A stretch of DNA of 62,720 nt, counting the filler, from Basidiobolus ranarum (taxonomy: Eukaryota), in NCBI GenBank assembly GCA_040143965.1. It is 12 parts of 12 records of this genome, joined end to end, with 100 filler letters (N's around TTAATTAATTAA, not from the genome) between each part and the next. Parts side by side here need not be neighbours in the genome. Positions count along the whole stretch, not along the records: positions 20,980 to 26,119 come from JASJQH010008575.1; positions 26,220 to 31,355 come from JASJQH010008576.1; positions 31,456 to 36,591 come from JASJQH010008577.1; positions 36,692 to 41,826 come from JASJQH010008578.1; 8 more parts are not named here. One strand, given 5' to 3'. How positions within the stretch are numbered: position 1 is the first letter of the stretch; the number at the start of each line of letters is the position of its first letter. Below the pieces are notes generated by a model, which had not been told where the DNA came from, did no database searches, and worked only from the letters and a program-made list of their open reading frames with translations. Below, in pieces: positions 22,931 through 36,807 of the stretch. Position numbers and translations under genes: made by a program.

Positions 22931-24841
22931 ACCTGATTAGGTCCAAGGGGATTCAGCACAAGCAGGTCATGCTCTATTTGATTCGAATCAGCCTGATCAA
23001 GCACAGGCAAAGGCTCAAACATTTTATCAGCCTTCACAGTCTACTGAAGCAGAGCAACCTCCTTCACCAGAAGAACCAGAAGAGTCCGAATCCTCAGGCT
23101 CAAGGTGAAGTAGATGTAATTCTTGATATGATTTAGGACTCATTAGCACATAATGATCATCATATATTCATTAATATCACACATAAAGCAATAAACCATA
23201 ATGATTATAATATTATTATAGCCTAGTAAATTGCAAAGTAGTAATCTTCTTCTGACCATCCTATATTCGTATTTAAACAATATTTATCTACTGTTGATCC
23301 CATAATTTCAAACAGCAAGTAAATTCCCTACTTTCATATATCTAGATACGCAGTCAAATTTGACAATGCAGATAGTCTCTACGTGAAAGTATGCCATTCC
23401 TGTGTACATATTTCGAGCAATGTACTTGAATAGTCGTAGAACGAGTAATTTTGACAGTCGGTACGGATTTATTAAGTTTAAATTGGTATTCTTCTTGCTT
23501 GCTAAAGTGTCCGTTCTCTAATCAGAACATTGAACAATAGCCAGTTTTTACTTCCAATACTATCAACCATGATAGATTGAATGATGCCAGTTTCAACAAC
23601 CAAGGAAATTCCGACGTAAAGTATCAACCCGACCTGAGTGTGGTATTGGAGAGTTACACTACAACAAGGATAAGTCACAGAATACAGGTCCAGTTAGGGA
23701 ATAATCTTTTACCTCAGCCTGACTAAATACTGATGTTATGAAATAATCCTAACCCTAGTCTTTTACATAAATAATAAAATATATCAAATTTTGAATTTGT
23801 AGGCAGTTGCTGGTTTTGATCACACGAGATAACATTCATTGTGGCTAAGGTGAATCTGGTGTATATAGCTAATGGTGAGAATTAAAGCTTGAATTACTAT
23901 ATATCATAACGAAAATCACAAGTTTGTCATATTTGCAAATTGGTACCTTTATATAGGGCTTATTAAGAATTTTATCAGTTGGGTGGAGTGGCATCTACCG
24001 ATAACCTAAATTTCTAAGGGACTAGTTGAGTAGAGACTTGATAGTTTCAATTCATGTCAAGGATGTTGTCCTCTGGAGCCTAGTGTTGACATTGATATAT
24101 GGTGATAAGGTTATTAAAGACTTGGGGATCGCGTGAGACTGGAAACAGAGCAACGAAAACCAAGTGCACTCTCGCAGTCAGAGGTTAAGTGTTAACTAGC
24201 CTGACAAATGCTACTTGTTGGTTCTGAGCTTCCAATTTTATGGCCTTCTCATATGCTACCATCACACCATACAAATATCCAGCTACGCCCAAAGGGACTT
24301 TCAGCCACTACTTCCATTGACTCAAAGTAGTTGTCTGATGTTTTATTCTCAAGTCTTTCTCACTGTTTACTAGTAAAAAGTTGGAAATAAAAGTATAGCC
24401 TACTTCAAATATTTCAGCAATGTCTAAAAGTGTCAAAGGCTACAGGGTGATCACTGACAATATTTATGCAATTTATATGTATATATATATATATGCTCAT
24501 TCATACAATGATGAGGTGCAAAGCACTGATAGAGCTACTAATAGGGTTAGTCTTAGGTCAAACCTTATTTTAGGTTTGCTACAGGTTTATTGGGTGAAAA
24601 TTATTACCTCGATCAATGATCGATCAGTTCCTTTGAACACTGGTATAAATTTTGACAAGTTAGATTATTCTAGAAACACTAATTCTAGAATATTAGCTGT
24701 ATACCATATCTGGATCTGAACACGATAGGCGGCTATTCATAAATCCAAATAATGATGATAGCACATTATAAGGCTGAATATCAGTGATGGATACAGGTGC
24801 AGTTGTATTATATTACAATGAGGAAGATTGATATTGTTGCA

Positions 24842-26119
24842 TTAATAGGTTGGCTTTTCTTTGCCAAGTCTGGCTTTGCGCAATTGTTTGATTCTTGACT
24901 TTTTGTTCTCGTCGTCAATGAATTTCCTGTCTACTTTACGTAAAGTAGATCTGTCAAAGCCATCTTCATCACCAGAATCATCAGAGTCTTGCTGTTGACG
25001 ACCAATAGAATAACGGAGAATACCCTCCATCATATCATTTGTCTTCAAATGATGTTGAAATCCTTGACCAAGAATATGTCTAAATGCATTCAATGGCAAA
25101 ATCTTTGCCCAACCACGGAAGGTAAGAATCTTTCCACCAATTTTAAGCTCTTCTGTGGGTTTCACATTCTCCTCAACACTTTTAACCACATCACGGAATA
25201 CTGCCCTTTGTTCAGCTCGATCACTCTTTGCTCTACGACGACTGCTGTCAATGGATAATTCCTTCAATGTGTAAATCAAACCATCGATATTGTCGTATTC
25301 AGGTTTAACAGGCGCTTCTTCACCATCATCATCAGAGTCCGAGTCTGATGACCAAAAGTTATTTGCAGTTTCAAAGATTAAACCAACATTTTCACCAGCA
25401 GAGATTCGAACGTCTTTGTCTCGGTTTTCCAGCAACATTTCGTGCACAGGCATCACCCTGAATATCAACAAACCCGTCAATAAAAACGCCATCAATAAAA
25501 ATGCTCACTCCATGATGAACTAGATATCAGCTTACTTTTCTAATTCCTCCCATAATATATCAAAGTCTACAAGACCTGTAGTAAATGAAGCAGCAAACAA
25601 TATGCCGTATGCTTGAAGGACCTCGCTGAATAAATTATCCAAATCGGTAGATGATAAATCAGCAACATTAAAGTCCGCACCATCTGTTTCAATGAAATTA
25701 AACAAGTAATCTCTCGCTAACTGCTTATCAATATCTGATGCTGCGGTATAAGTGATCAAAGACAAAGTTTGGAGACACTAGAGATTAGATAACATTTAGT
25801 AACAGATCTAAAATAAAACAATATATCATAGCTTCTTACACTAATTTTAATATCCACTTGTTCGCTATCCTTGATTCTATTTCTCAACGAAGGTAAGATT
25901 CGGCGGTATAGATCATCACTTTCACTTTCGGAAATATCTTCCATATTGATAAATGTTAATGCGATAGCCTTAGATGCAAGACATGCTTCATTAGTGCTCG
26001 AGTTCTTCAACAAGGATCTCTTTAATAAACCCAAGATTTCTTCTAAGCGGCTCTCAATTTGAGGGGATGCATGATGATTTGCCAAGATATGGACAAGCGT
26101 CTCGAGTAATTCTTCTCGG
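24842..26119 (-). CDS. Interferon-related developmental regulator (IFRD) family protein, 5'-partial
   Basis: Exons 26119-25840, 25777-25536 and 25457-24842 with GT-AG introns. Motifs: VRISAGENVGLIFE, LKELSIDSSRRRAKSDRAEQRAVFRDV, FRHILGQGFQHHLKTN, and a basic C-terminus. Confidence 0.88.
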
Positions 26120-26258
26120 NNNNNNNNNNNNNNNNNNNNNNNNNNNNNNNNNNNNNNNNNNNNTTAATTAATTAANNNNNNNNNNNNNNNNNNNNNNNNN
26201 NNNNNNNNNNNNNNNNNNNCGATTGAGAATAATTGATAATATCTTAGTTCATTATAAG

Positions 26259-26561
26259 ATAACTAAGTACTAAGCTATATATGACTATATAGGTGTTTAG
26301 GCAATGCTAATTTCAACAACTTAAGGCTCTTCCAGTGTGGACTGCAGTATCAACCACCTGCTTTTTGACCTCACTGTTACCACCATCAAGTGGTAAGTTG
26401 GCAGCACTCTTGCAACCACTGATTGGCTTACCAAGCTACCCAGCTTACTTCTGAGATACCACCTGAGGTAGTACCACTGCTACTGAGCACTTCAAAAACA
26501 ATAACTAAGTACTAGGCTATATAGGACTATATAGATGTTTAGGCAATGCTAATTTCAACAA
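26259..26561. repeat. 61-bp direct repeat pair, probably LTR 5' ends on the minus strand
   Basis: 26259-26319 and 26501-26561 are near-identical. Both end GCTAATTTCAACA (reverse complement TGTTGAAATTAGC). Confidence 0.7.
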
Positions 26562-29489
26562 TATCCTGAATATTCTTTACTGTGTAGATTGATGAACATT
26601 GATATTTACTCAAGACTGGATGGAATATGGCTGCTTTAGAGGTATCAAAACATACTGTACTCTGCATCTCAACTATATACAAAATTATCAGTAATTTGCT
26701 ATAATTTAATTATTCAATTCAGCTCTTAAAGAGCTGCGGTATTTATTACTACAGCTTAGGCCTTCATCCGTGTTAGACCCTTATTTGCTCCAACTCTAGG
26801 CCAGAGTGACATTCTGGGGTGAATTTGGATAGCTTTAAAATTTCAAGTTCAACATTGCTAATTCTTGGATAATTCAATTACATACTAAGTATATGTTGCG
26901 CTCTGGATACATATAATAGTCAGATATATGGCCATAGGAATATAAATGCATCTACTGTAGTATGCCTTAATGAATCCATTCATTGCCATACCGATACACA
27001 TATCACCTAAGACCTGATCTCTCTGACAAAACTCTAGCATGAGACAACTCATTGCTACTCTCAAGACTAGCAATAGTCTTGATGTACTGGGCTAATGTAC
27101 ATGTTAATATGACTCAACAGCTCTTAGATATGAAACCTAGTACAGATATTCGAGTAAGTTATGTAACAAATTGTTCAAAGCAGGAAATTATAAATTGAGA
27201 GGGATTTTTCAGCTGTCAACTTCACCGTTTGCTATCGTAAGGTGAATAAATGTGAAGTAACTGGTCGAAAAAAGATTAGGTGTTGTACCAGATATGTGAC
27301 TTCATTTGGTGATATGGAGTTTATTGCAATGTTTAAAGGGCCGGAAGCGAATGGAAAGATCTAACAAACGAAACAAGACGACGGAGGACCAATTGCAATG
27401 TGAATGAAAGAGATAGGACACCTGACGGAGATCTAATAAGATACAATGAAGAAACCAATCAAAACAAGGAGCAAACAAGCGCCAACATATCAGGTCTTGT
27501 ATATATATTTAGATTCCAAGAGTTCAACCATGAAAACGACTTGGATTTTCGTCAGGTAACCAACAAACTGGGTGTGGCAAACGCCCGTTAAAAGATCATG
27601 ACACATATAGCCACCGTATCAGTATTGTTGGCCCACTATAGACATTGTTTTTCCCACAATGATGGACGAGTAGACTAACAGTGCATAATCCGTGATTTTG
27701 CTCTCATATGCATTCAACATTCAGGTTGGAGCAAAAGATGCTACATGCTCTATTTTCTTCTCGGATAAACTTACGAAGATTACTACTATATAGGGTCGTT
27801 GGTGATTGTCTGGGAAAGTTTGGGGCGCAAGGCACACCTTCAATACTTAATAACCAGGCACTTGTCAGGTCAGTACAGCACTCTTACCATAAACCATAAA
27901 AACATCCGATCTGTTTGGTTCAATCCCTCCCCAATATATTATGGATGAATGATGAGATCCTATGTAGTGCGTAGTTGATGATACACAAAAGCTTCTTTGG
28001 TGCTTTCGTACCAACTACGGGAGAAATAGAGAGGAGGTTGAACCGTAAATGGAATTCCATGATTCATAGATTTTCGGATTTTAAGGTTGTTGCATTCAAC
28101 AACAATTGCGCAGCCAAGCCAAAGTCCAAATTCATTCATAAACTTACTGCATGAGAGCAATTCGGTACGCTCAATTTCACAAATCTTCTCTTTGGACAAA
28201 TAGGAGTTTAACCACTTCCTTAATTTGTTCTAGGTATGGTCTTGGATGATTTTAACAGAAGAGGCTTTACTTACCTAGTTACCTAAAAATTGGGTGCAGA
28301 GAAAAGCTGCCCCAGCAGTTGATTCAAACTAGACAGATTTGACCTCTGCCACCTGCTACATATAAGCAATACAAGTACTAATTCGTATAGTATACTCTAA
28401 AGAAGTAATGCCTCACAACAACGATGGACTGTACCGAAAATACCGGCTTCAATCTGCAATTAGGAAACCATGCAGTCATGTCCAGTATGTTGCAGGATGC
28501 ACTAAATATATATCGGCAATCCGTCATGCTGAACTCGGCTCATTATGGATTACAATGATCATCTTTGACAACAAATATATAGGATATGACTAAGGCTAGA
28601 TGCTAGCTTGCATATCAAACGACAAAATTCACTAATGAAGCCATGTTTCTCAAAGAAGCAGTATGGCCATTGTCTACTGGAATGCCTCATTTGAAAGTCC
28701 TAGAACCCCTGAATTTGACAAGGACACGATGGAGCATCGGCTATTTAGAGAAACTCTGACAGGACTACAGAAGCACTTTCATAATCTTTTCGAGCTGTCC
28801 TCCCCATCAGTCAACCCATTGCATTCGTCATTTGTGCAACTGTGCCATTCGTATGTATATATATGTATATGATTATATAGAGTAAATCCATTTCGGCCAT
28901 TAGAGTTTGTTTACATCGCCTGCCAATTTACTCCACATTGGCACCTGCAAATATTTTTCTGGTGGGTGCGTGCCAAAAGAGAATCTTCTATAGAGAAACT
29001 TGTCACAAATAGGTTATCTTATCTTCTAGACTTCACAGTGATTGTCTATTGAAATATTCAGTAACTGGAGTCTTGGATTGCTTACGCCTGGACAAACCAT
29101 AGTTACTGTAAGGATAGTGATACGCATAAGGAAATCATTTGTTGGGTCTGCATGCTTTGCATGGGTTTTGGTTGATTGAATCGGTTGTTTAATAGATCAG
29201 AACATCAATTCCCACAACGTATTCAACTAATGTCAAGGCCAGTGAAATATTCGACTGTCATGGCCGATTTAGGCAAAATCGTATCCATTTGAGCCGAATA
29301 GCTTTGAATAGGATGATTTGAAAACGATACATTCACATTTGTTTTCCATCAAGGAATATATATATGAATTATTCCTGTTGGACGAAATCACGAGATGAAG
29401 AAACATGGGAATCTATTTAGAGAGTTGATTGGAAATCATGGTTAACATCAATACAATGAAAAAGGATATATCTGATCTGGTTTTATAAC

Positions 29490-30314
29490 TCACCAATAGA
29501 GTTTTCGTAATCTACTTTGGTTTGGACTTGGAATGCTTCTGTGAGGATGGTCGCAATAGTAGTGGTATCGCTCTCACCAAAGAGGATATTCCTATTGAGT
29601 GAATGGTATAAATGTTACCGTTAAATAGTCTCATGTTGGAAAACACCGCATCCCGTCCATTGGCAAGCTGGGTTAGTGTGGAGGTAAAACGAGACCTCGT
29701 CTTACCTTCGAATATCGGTCAGTGAAACTGCTAAACGGTATTCTCCGGGCTCTTTGATGGATAAATCCTCGAATATAAAATAGTTTTGTGCTTTACTAGA
29801 AGAGCTCATAACTGAACTAACCGTATTTCCCAAGAGCATACGAGACACGTCTTGAGGGTCCTGACAACTAACTAGCACGTCTCGAGCTTCTGCCCCGTCT
29901 TCTGACCAGAGGCTTACATGAGCCACTAAGAATGCCAAATCTTCCGGCTCACTAACCGGTAGAACAACGATTGGCATGCCAAAAACATATATTTAGTATG
30001 TTTCATGTATATCACCTCATTCAATAATAGACATCAATATGAAGTAGAAACTTAATAAACAACCAAAGTAAAGTGGTGGTAAGGTGAAAATAAGTGCTGA
30101 ATACCCCTGTAAGGGCCAACAAGAAAGTAAAGTGATTTGGGGTTTCGTACCATACACTCTCGTTACCGTGTTCATCAAATAAGCCTGCCTGAAGGATTAA
30201 AGGGGGATCAAGAGGTATACGATCTTTAATGTCTTCATAAAAGGCACGACCTTTGGTTGGCTGTTGGATTATAGTTAGGACATGTCGTCTTTATACATTC
30301 GAATTGTTGTCCAT
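29490..30314 (-). pseudogene. Velvet-domain transcription factor gene with an in-frame stop; exon structure partly resolved
   Basis: Exon 30314-30156 reads MDNNSNV*RRHVLTIIQQPTKGRA...DRIPLDPPLILQ. Downstream: FLVAHVSLWSEDG, RMLLGNTVSS, YFIFEDLSIKEPGEYRLAVSL and ILTEAFQV, all velvet hallmarks. TAA at 30293-30291. Confidence 0.75.
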
Positions 30315-31455
30315 GAGAGGGAGGAAGTAAGAAGCAACACAAAATATGTAGGTAGAATTTTTTAAAAGTGAGTATGAGAATATGAACCAGGAAATACAAC
30401 CATCATATTGGACTACCTCTCAGACTGCGTTTTGCAAGAGAGCATGCTAGGAAACGCCATAAGCTGGCACTTGAAGAAACAAGAAAATCCAAAATGAACC
30501 TATAGTGAGACCGAAGATTCCAGTCAGACGTCTGGAAGCTATTAATATAGAGATTCCCTGAATAGTATATGTATATGGGCCTTTTTTTTCGTTCGATTGA
30601 ACGCATTATCGGTTAGAATGAACAAATGATGAAACCAAGTACAGCAGATAAGAGCGCAAGCGTACCAAACTTAACTGGCTTGATCGACGTCACACGCCGA
30701 TATTATTGTTGACCAGATATATTAAGAACTAACTGTTGAGATGCCAGAATATGATATGTAGTGAGATGTGACGGTTTCACATTGTAGTCATATCTGACTT
30801 GCTCTACGAACGAGGCTCTAGCAATGTTCTGTAGTCATAGGTTGGCTAAATTTACCCTAAAACGGAGGTTGCTTGCCTCAACTACCGATCGAAGAGTGGG
30901 GCTAATACATGCGACCTTTATCGCGCGATATTCTATAAGCTCTTCCCTGTGTCATTTTGCAAGAGCCTCCGCATCGAAGTGAACCAATAGTACTCCAAGA
31001 AATCCATGATTGAGGTCGATACCATCGGGTGCAAATCAATAAGAATACGCCCGCACTTGGTGTTTTCCTTAAGGGGGACTCTATCCTGAGGTACTTGACA
31101 TTCAAATTGAACTCTTAGCAGTGTAGAGGATCCTTCTTAGTGTGTTAATCATAGTATTAGTGTGTTAATCATCTGTAATATCTTTACGTTCATCTTGATC
31201 TTGCCATGTCGTAGCACGCCACACCATTGGCATCATCACAAAACTTCCTAGATCCAAAAGACCAGGAAGAGCCGAAGTCCGAAGCGGCATTTGGAGATCG
31301 TACCCCATCCTTGGTTTAACTTGGGGAGCCACATATATGTATAGAATAGGTACTANNNNNNNNNNNNNNNNNNNNNNNNNNNNNNNNNNNNNNNNNNNNT
31401 TAATTAATTAANNNNNNNNNNNNNNNNNNNNNNNNNNNNNNNNNNNNNNNNNNNN

Positions 31456-33110
31456 CTAACAATTAATCAAAATATGCGTCTTAAGCTGGTATGTATATTG
31501 CTTGAATCCTTTGCGTTGGATGGCCGATTAACCCGTTGACTGTTTAAGAACCCAGAGGATGAAGACGAAGATGTCTCCCATGAGCGAAGTTTGATTTATG
31601 ATACAGGTGATTTCAATTCTGCTACTGAACCAGTTTCATTATCAATTCTTATACTGGCTAAATCTAGAATATCCTGCCGCTTTAAGAATCGCCCATCTTC
31701 GTAAAGTATATAAAAATGGATGGTTCAAGAAGTCAAAGCTGGATAAAGTTGCTGTTAGAGACCTTTGTCTTACCCTTGAGGAGGGAAAACTGTAAGAGGA
31801 GACTTATACTTGGATTAATTGTTAGCATTCGTTACTTATTGGTGAAAATCGTACAGTTTAGCTTTATTGGGTCAGAACGGTGCAGGAAAAAGGTACAGAC
31901 TTATATCACATAAGTATTGCCAGTTCATCATCTCAATATCTTTAACTTTATGAAAGTACTACCATGAATATTCTTTCTGGCTTAACACCTGCTACCAGTG
32001 GCGATGCTTATTTCTTCGGATATACACGCTCTGATGATATCGACACCATTCGAGGGATGTTGGGTGTTTGTCCACAAGTGAGAAATGATTTGTACATATA
32101 ACAATAACATTGGTATCCTAATGTCTGTTTGATTTTGTTCAGCATGATATCCTGTTTGATGACTTGACTGCTGCTGAGCATGTCGAGTTATATGCTACTC
32201 TCAAGGGCATCCCTCGTAATGAAATTCCAAATCTTATTAAATCAAGACTCCAAGCTGTTAGACTTTGGAATGTAGCCAATAAGCGCTCGGCGGCTTATAG
32301 TGGAGGGTTGGTTATTTAATGACTGCCATGTCATGCTATTAAGTCATCTCACTTACACTACTTTCTTAGAATGAAGCGTAGACTGAGTGTCGTTATTTCT
32401 ACTCTTGGGGATCCAAAGATAGTATTTATGGATGAGCCAACCACTGGTAAAATCCTCCGTCATACCGATCGTTTAAAGCAAACCTGGTCTAACCTCGTTT
32501 ATTCTAGGTATGGATCCTGTGAACAGACGCCATGTTTGGTCGTTTATTGAGCAATTCAAGAAGGATAGAGTGATTATTCTTGTAAGTGAAATCTAAACAT
32601 TCACCTAATCCAACAACAAAGCCAACTAAATCTATTTTCATAGACCACACATTCAATGGAAGAGGCAGATGTGCTAGGAGACCGTATTGCCATCATGGCG
32701 CTTGGGCGTCTAAGGTGAGGGAGTTTATTGATGTTTGTTAGTTACATGCTACGCTACTTACGATCATTTTTAGGGCTCTGGGCAATTCTATTCAATTGAA
32801 AAACAAGTTTGGAGCTGGATATCGGATCTCTATGGTTGTTCATCCGGAACACAATTCTGAAGTTCGAGATATTGTAGCTAGTTTGGTCCCTGGTGCCAAC
32901 CTTGAGGATGACTCAGCTGGTTCACTCATCTAACACTTCCCTACAGAATGCATGGAGCATATTCCTATATTTGTACGGTTCTTGGAAGACGATGCCAAAG
33001 ACTCCACTGGACGTATTGTCCAGGCATGGGGCATTTCACAGACTACTCTAGAAGAAGTGTTCTTAAGATTAATCAGAGAAGCTAACCCCACCAAGCCCAA
33101 GCTACATTAA
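31456..33110 (+). CDS. ABCA-subfamily ABC transporter, 3' part (NBD plus C-terminal regulatory region); one in-frame stop
   Basis: Spliced motifs: LLGQNGAGK|STTM (Walker A), GVCPQ|HDILFDDLT..EH, YSGG|MKRRLSV, FMDEPTTG|MDP, IL|TTHSMEEADVLGDRIAIM, LKNKFGAGY and WGISQTTLEEVFL. At least seven short GT-AG introns. TAA at 32931. Confidence 0.92.
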
Positions 33111-33943
33111 GTTCTACGAGTGTACTGTGAACATGATTTTGATCCAAGAAAGCCTAGATAAAGGCGTTGGTGGAATCTTCACCCTCCCCAATATGTAAAC
33201 AATAAAATTTATTAGAATGAACATTTACTCTTTCTGAAGCTGATGCACTAATATAGCACATTATCTACTCCCCAACCATGGCATTGTGTCACAGGTCAGA
33301 CACACAATATATACAATGATAGCTCGGGTATTATTAATCGTGCTCTACCGATATCCGAAACAGTCTTTTGATGAAGGACTCCCGAGAATCTGTAAAGCAA
33401 GTAGAAATCGGTATTGGACGTTATATTTTAAATACAAATAAATAAAGTACTTGATAATTGTAAATGTGATTGTATTCGAACTAAGAAACCTCATTGGTAT
33501 ATAAGCTTTGTTATTAGAAGGATAATTGGTAATTTTAACAAACAGAATGCTGGTTGCTTTCGGATTTACCGCTGCAGCCTGATGAAATGAATAATCACAG
33601 ATGCTTGTGATTGTCAGCGCATGCGGAAGTATACAACTTAATGCACTTACTTTCATGAGGGACGGCCTTAATCGAATGAAAAAGATATTTAAATCTGCGG
33701 GGAGCTTACATTTGTTTACCCCGATGCAACCTGTGGTGTATCTGCCTTAATATTAATCCTTGATGTAGAAATTCCTGGTTCTTCCATTTTACATCTCTAC
33801 CCGCTCAATCAAACCTAACTTTTCTTTACCTAGCCCTTTGAAATTTGCTTTAATTGTAACATTTGATCGATTTTTCATTTACCTTTAGAAGAAGAATTAT
33901 TGGAGTCGTACCTGGGAATACCTTTCGGAGCGAATCAAGTAAA

Positions 33944-34781
33944 ATGCACAACCGACGCATGAGGATTAATTCTAATGTCCGGTTGTCCTTCTTTATTTTA
34001 ACCCTGATCTTCTTGGCATCCGGACTGGTGGCCGTCAGTGTGGGTGCATACTTTTGGACCACTCCCTACGCCCGAAGAAGAGTTGTTGTTACCCAAGATA
34101 TTTTAATAGGTAAGTGAGTTGATTTCTAATATTCAAACCAATTCCCAATAGAAACATGACAATAACATGTACGTTCAGCTGGGTTAGTGGTGGGTGTGAT
34201 AACAATCGTCTCAGCTATCATTGGACTTTATGGTTCTATTTATCCCGTACGGCGTAAAATCTGGCTTGTTATCTACAGTTGGCTGGTTGTGGTTGTCTTG
34301 GTTATAGAGCTCTCTTTGGGAGCGATAATATGGTTTCGTTCCTTAGACATTCGTGCCAGCTTCTCCGAAAAGTGGAGATCTTGGGATCCTGCTCTGCGAA
34401 GTCTATTTCAAGAAACGGTAATTACTATTCAACTTTCCTGTATTGCTCCTTCTTCTAATATGAATTTTTCCCTGGCCAACCAAGGATTCGTGTTGTGGCT
34501 ATTTTGATAGCACCGACTACCCTGCTGTCTCATTCTCATGTAAGAATAATGATACTGGGCCTGGAGCTTCTTGGCCTGGATGTGTTGACATGATCCACAT
34601 TTATATGGACAACTATCTTCGTAACATATATACCGCCCTATTTGGCTTCGTTGCTGTAGATGTGTTTGCTCTTATCGCAGCGGTGGTGTTGATTCAAGCG
34701 AGAAATGATCAAGAACGCTACGAACGGATTTCTGTTCGTATGTCAAAATTATATCTCGCCTATTTCCCACCGGCCCCATAA
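33944..34781 (+). CDS. Fungal tetraspanin (Pls1/Tsp2-like)
   Basis: Exons 33944-34109, 34179-34417 and 34485-34781. Four hydrophobic helices, EC2 CCGY motif plus two further Cys, C-terminal RNDQERYERI. Confidence 0.9.
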
Positions 34782-35179
34782 ACCTTTCTTCCCGCTTGGA
34801 ATCTTACACAGATAAGTATAACTCATCAGAGATCACGTAAATAACCAGTAGAATCATCATTCTTTCTTGGTTGAAAATACTCGACATTTCTGGTACCATA
34901 GGATTTCCCTTTTTCCACGTTGTACATTGAAAGGAAATAATCCCATACTCCTTGGTTACTGTATCACTACATAATATCTATTATTCCTTAGACATGTAGA
35001 TCTAGCTGGCCATGATAATAAATGACTGTTTTCCAAAATAAATGTTGAAAGCCTCGTTTTATATTGTATTGTATAGACGATGATAATTCCACTAATATGC
35101 TACGACAAGTTTAGTACAAAGTTAAAGGGTAAAAGTTAGTTCCGGATATTAGTTGTGTTTAGGTGGTGCTGAAACGGGG

Positions 35180-35647
35180 TTAATCGAAGCGACCACCACA
35201 TTTAGTACACCTATTATCGGTCATACACAAACATGGAAGAATACCAAACGGAAAGAAGAATATAGCCATGAAGATGCCACCTAAGGTGAATTCTTTATCG
35301 AATTCATGTTCACCACCTGCTCCACAGCGTTGCCTAGCTTGAAGAAAATAGTCATTACATGACTGGTATTGAGGGTTAGGATTAAGCGGGTATAGAAGCG
35401 AGCTGTTGATGAAGTATTGTGGCGTTTGAGAAGCTATCGGGTGTTTTGGATTGTCCAAATATGTGACTACAGGCTCATATGGAGTGGGGAAGTAGAACGG
35501 ATTATTAGATATCTGATCTCTTTGCGAGGGTGTGGTGCGCTCATAGGGCGGAGGGGTATCTTGAGAAATGGAAGCCTCTTGATTCTCAGTGTTATTAGAT
35601 TTAGTTGTCATGGTTAGAAGGTTGACAACATTCGATCTAGGTTCCAT
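35180..35647 (-). CDS. BRI3 / DUF2367-like small membrane protein
   Basis: Pro-rich N-terminus with PPPY, then C..G.H....FTLGGIFMAIFFFPFGILPCLCM....CTKCG. Confidence 0.8.
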   Translation of the reverse strand: MEPRSNVVNLLTMTTKSNNTENQEASISQDTPPPYERTTPSQRDQISNNPFYFPTPYEPVVTYLDNPKHPIASQTPQYFINSSLLYPLNPNPQYQSCNDYFLQARQRCGAGGEHEFDKEFTLGGIFMAIFFFPFGILPCLCMTDNRCTKCGGRFD

Positions 35648-36691
35648 ACGCTTTATGTACTATCCTTGATGGTCACGCTACCCAGTAAGGAGAATAAATG
35701 AATGTACTACTTAACCGCAGGATCCCGTTTCTTTACCTGATTTATTAAAGAAATCAGTCTGGATTCAGTGTACTAGAATTATGCAGTTCAGTAGGGATCA
35801 AATACACTTTCTCATCTTTGGCGGATGTTTCAACAAGCTATGAAGAATCTGATCTGTGCTGAGAGAAAATCTCTTGTTACCTTGCCCATTCGATAATGAC
35901 CCGATTAAGTTCTATGTCTCTGTGTACATATACACACTGTTGGGATACTTCCGCATGAAGTTGGCTGCCTCTACCTCAATAGATATCGTACATAGGAAAA
36001 TAAGTCACCTAGCCATAATATAATTGATGGAATGCATAGATATGAGCCTACATACATTAAAATTGATTACCATTGATGTCCTTCGTTGGAACACTCACAA
36101 TCGTGAAGAATGGAGTAGAGCGACTGTTGAGACTGATGATCAATGGAGTTGAGCTTTCAAAGAGATGATAACAGTAACCAAAAGTAAAAGAGTATCAAAT
36201 TCAAGTATCACTCCTGAATGAAGAGGGTCATTATTATAAATCTCTAAACAATCTAAGAATATTGGAGATGATCACAATTGTGGGTAATCGAGTTGAACAC
36301 ATGATGCTTATCATCAATATATCCTTGTTCTTGGCTGAATGGGAGGTTCACTGAGCCCACTTACTCATTATTTTCATGTGTTCAAGTGGCAGTGGGCTAC
36401 CACCATTACTGAAAATGAATCTATCGAGTTCTCTAATGCAAGTGCGCTTACTGCAAACTCTGAAACCTCAAATACAAAAGGTATAATAGCTATCAACTAT
36501 GGAAAGAGATTCATAAAAAAATCACTAATAAGGAACATCTTAACTCTGAGTTACGACCTGGCTTAGTCGCCTTTGCCTCTCAAATTAACCCNNNNNNNNN
36601 NNNNNNNNNNNNNNNNNNNNNNNNNNNNNNNNNNNTTAATTAATTAANNNNNNNNNNNNNNNNNNNNNNNNNNNNNNNNNNNNNNNNNNNN

Positions 36692-36807
36692 ATTATATGC
36701 CTGATTATATGCCTGATTATATGCCTGATTATATGCCTGATTATATGCCTGATTATATGCCTGATTATATGCCTGATTATATGCCTGATTATATGCCTGA
36801 TTATATG
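36692..36807. repeat. 12-bp minisatellite (ATTATATGCCTG)n, about 9.5 copies, running into the contig edge
   Basis: Perfect tandem copies are directly visible. Confidence 0.95.

Noticed and set aside
27960-28199. Possible gypsy integrase remnant or gene
   Set aside because: Similarity is too faint to support a call by eye.
30291-32933. Reassigned genetic code (TAA read as sense) to explain the in-frame stops
   Set aside because: TAA is the true terminator of UBC13, the tetraspanin, ABCA, IFRD and the 20984 peptide, and the long FAS and RNR exons have no in-frame TAA.
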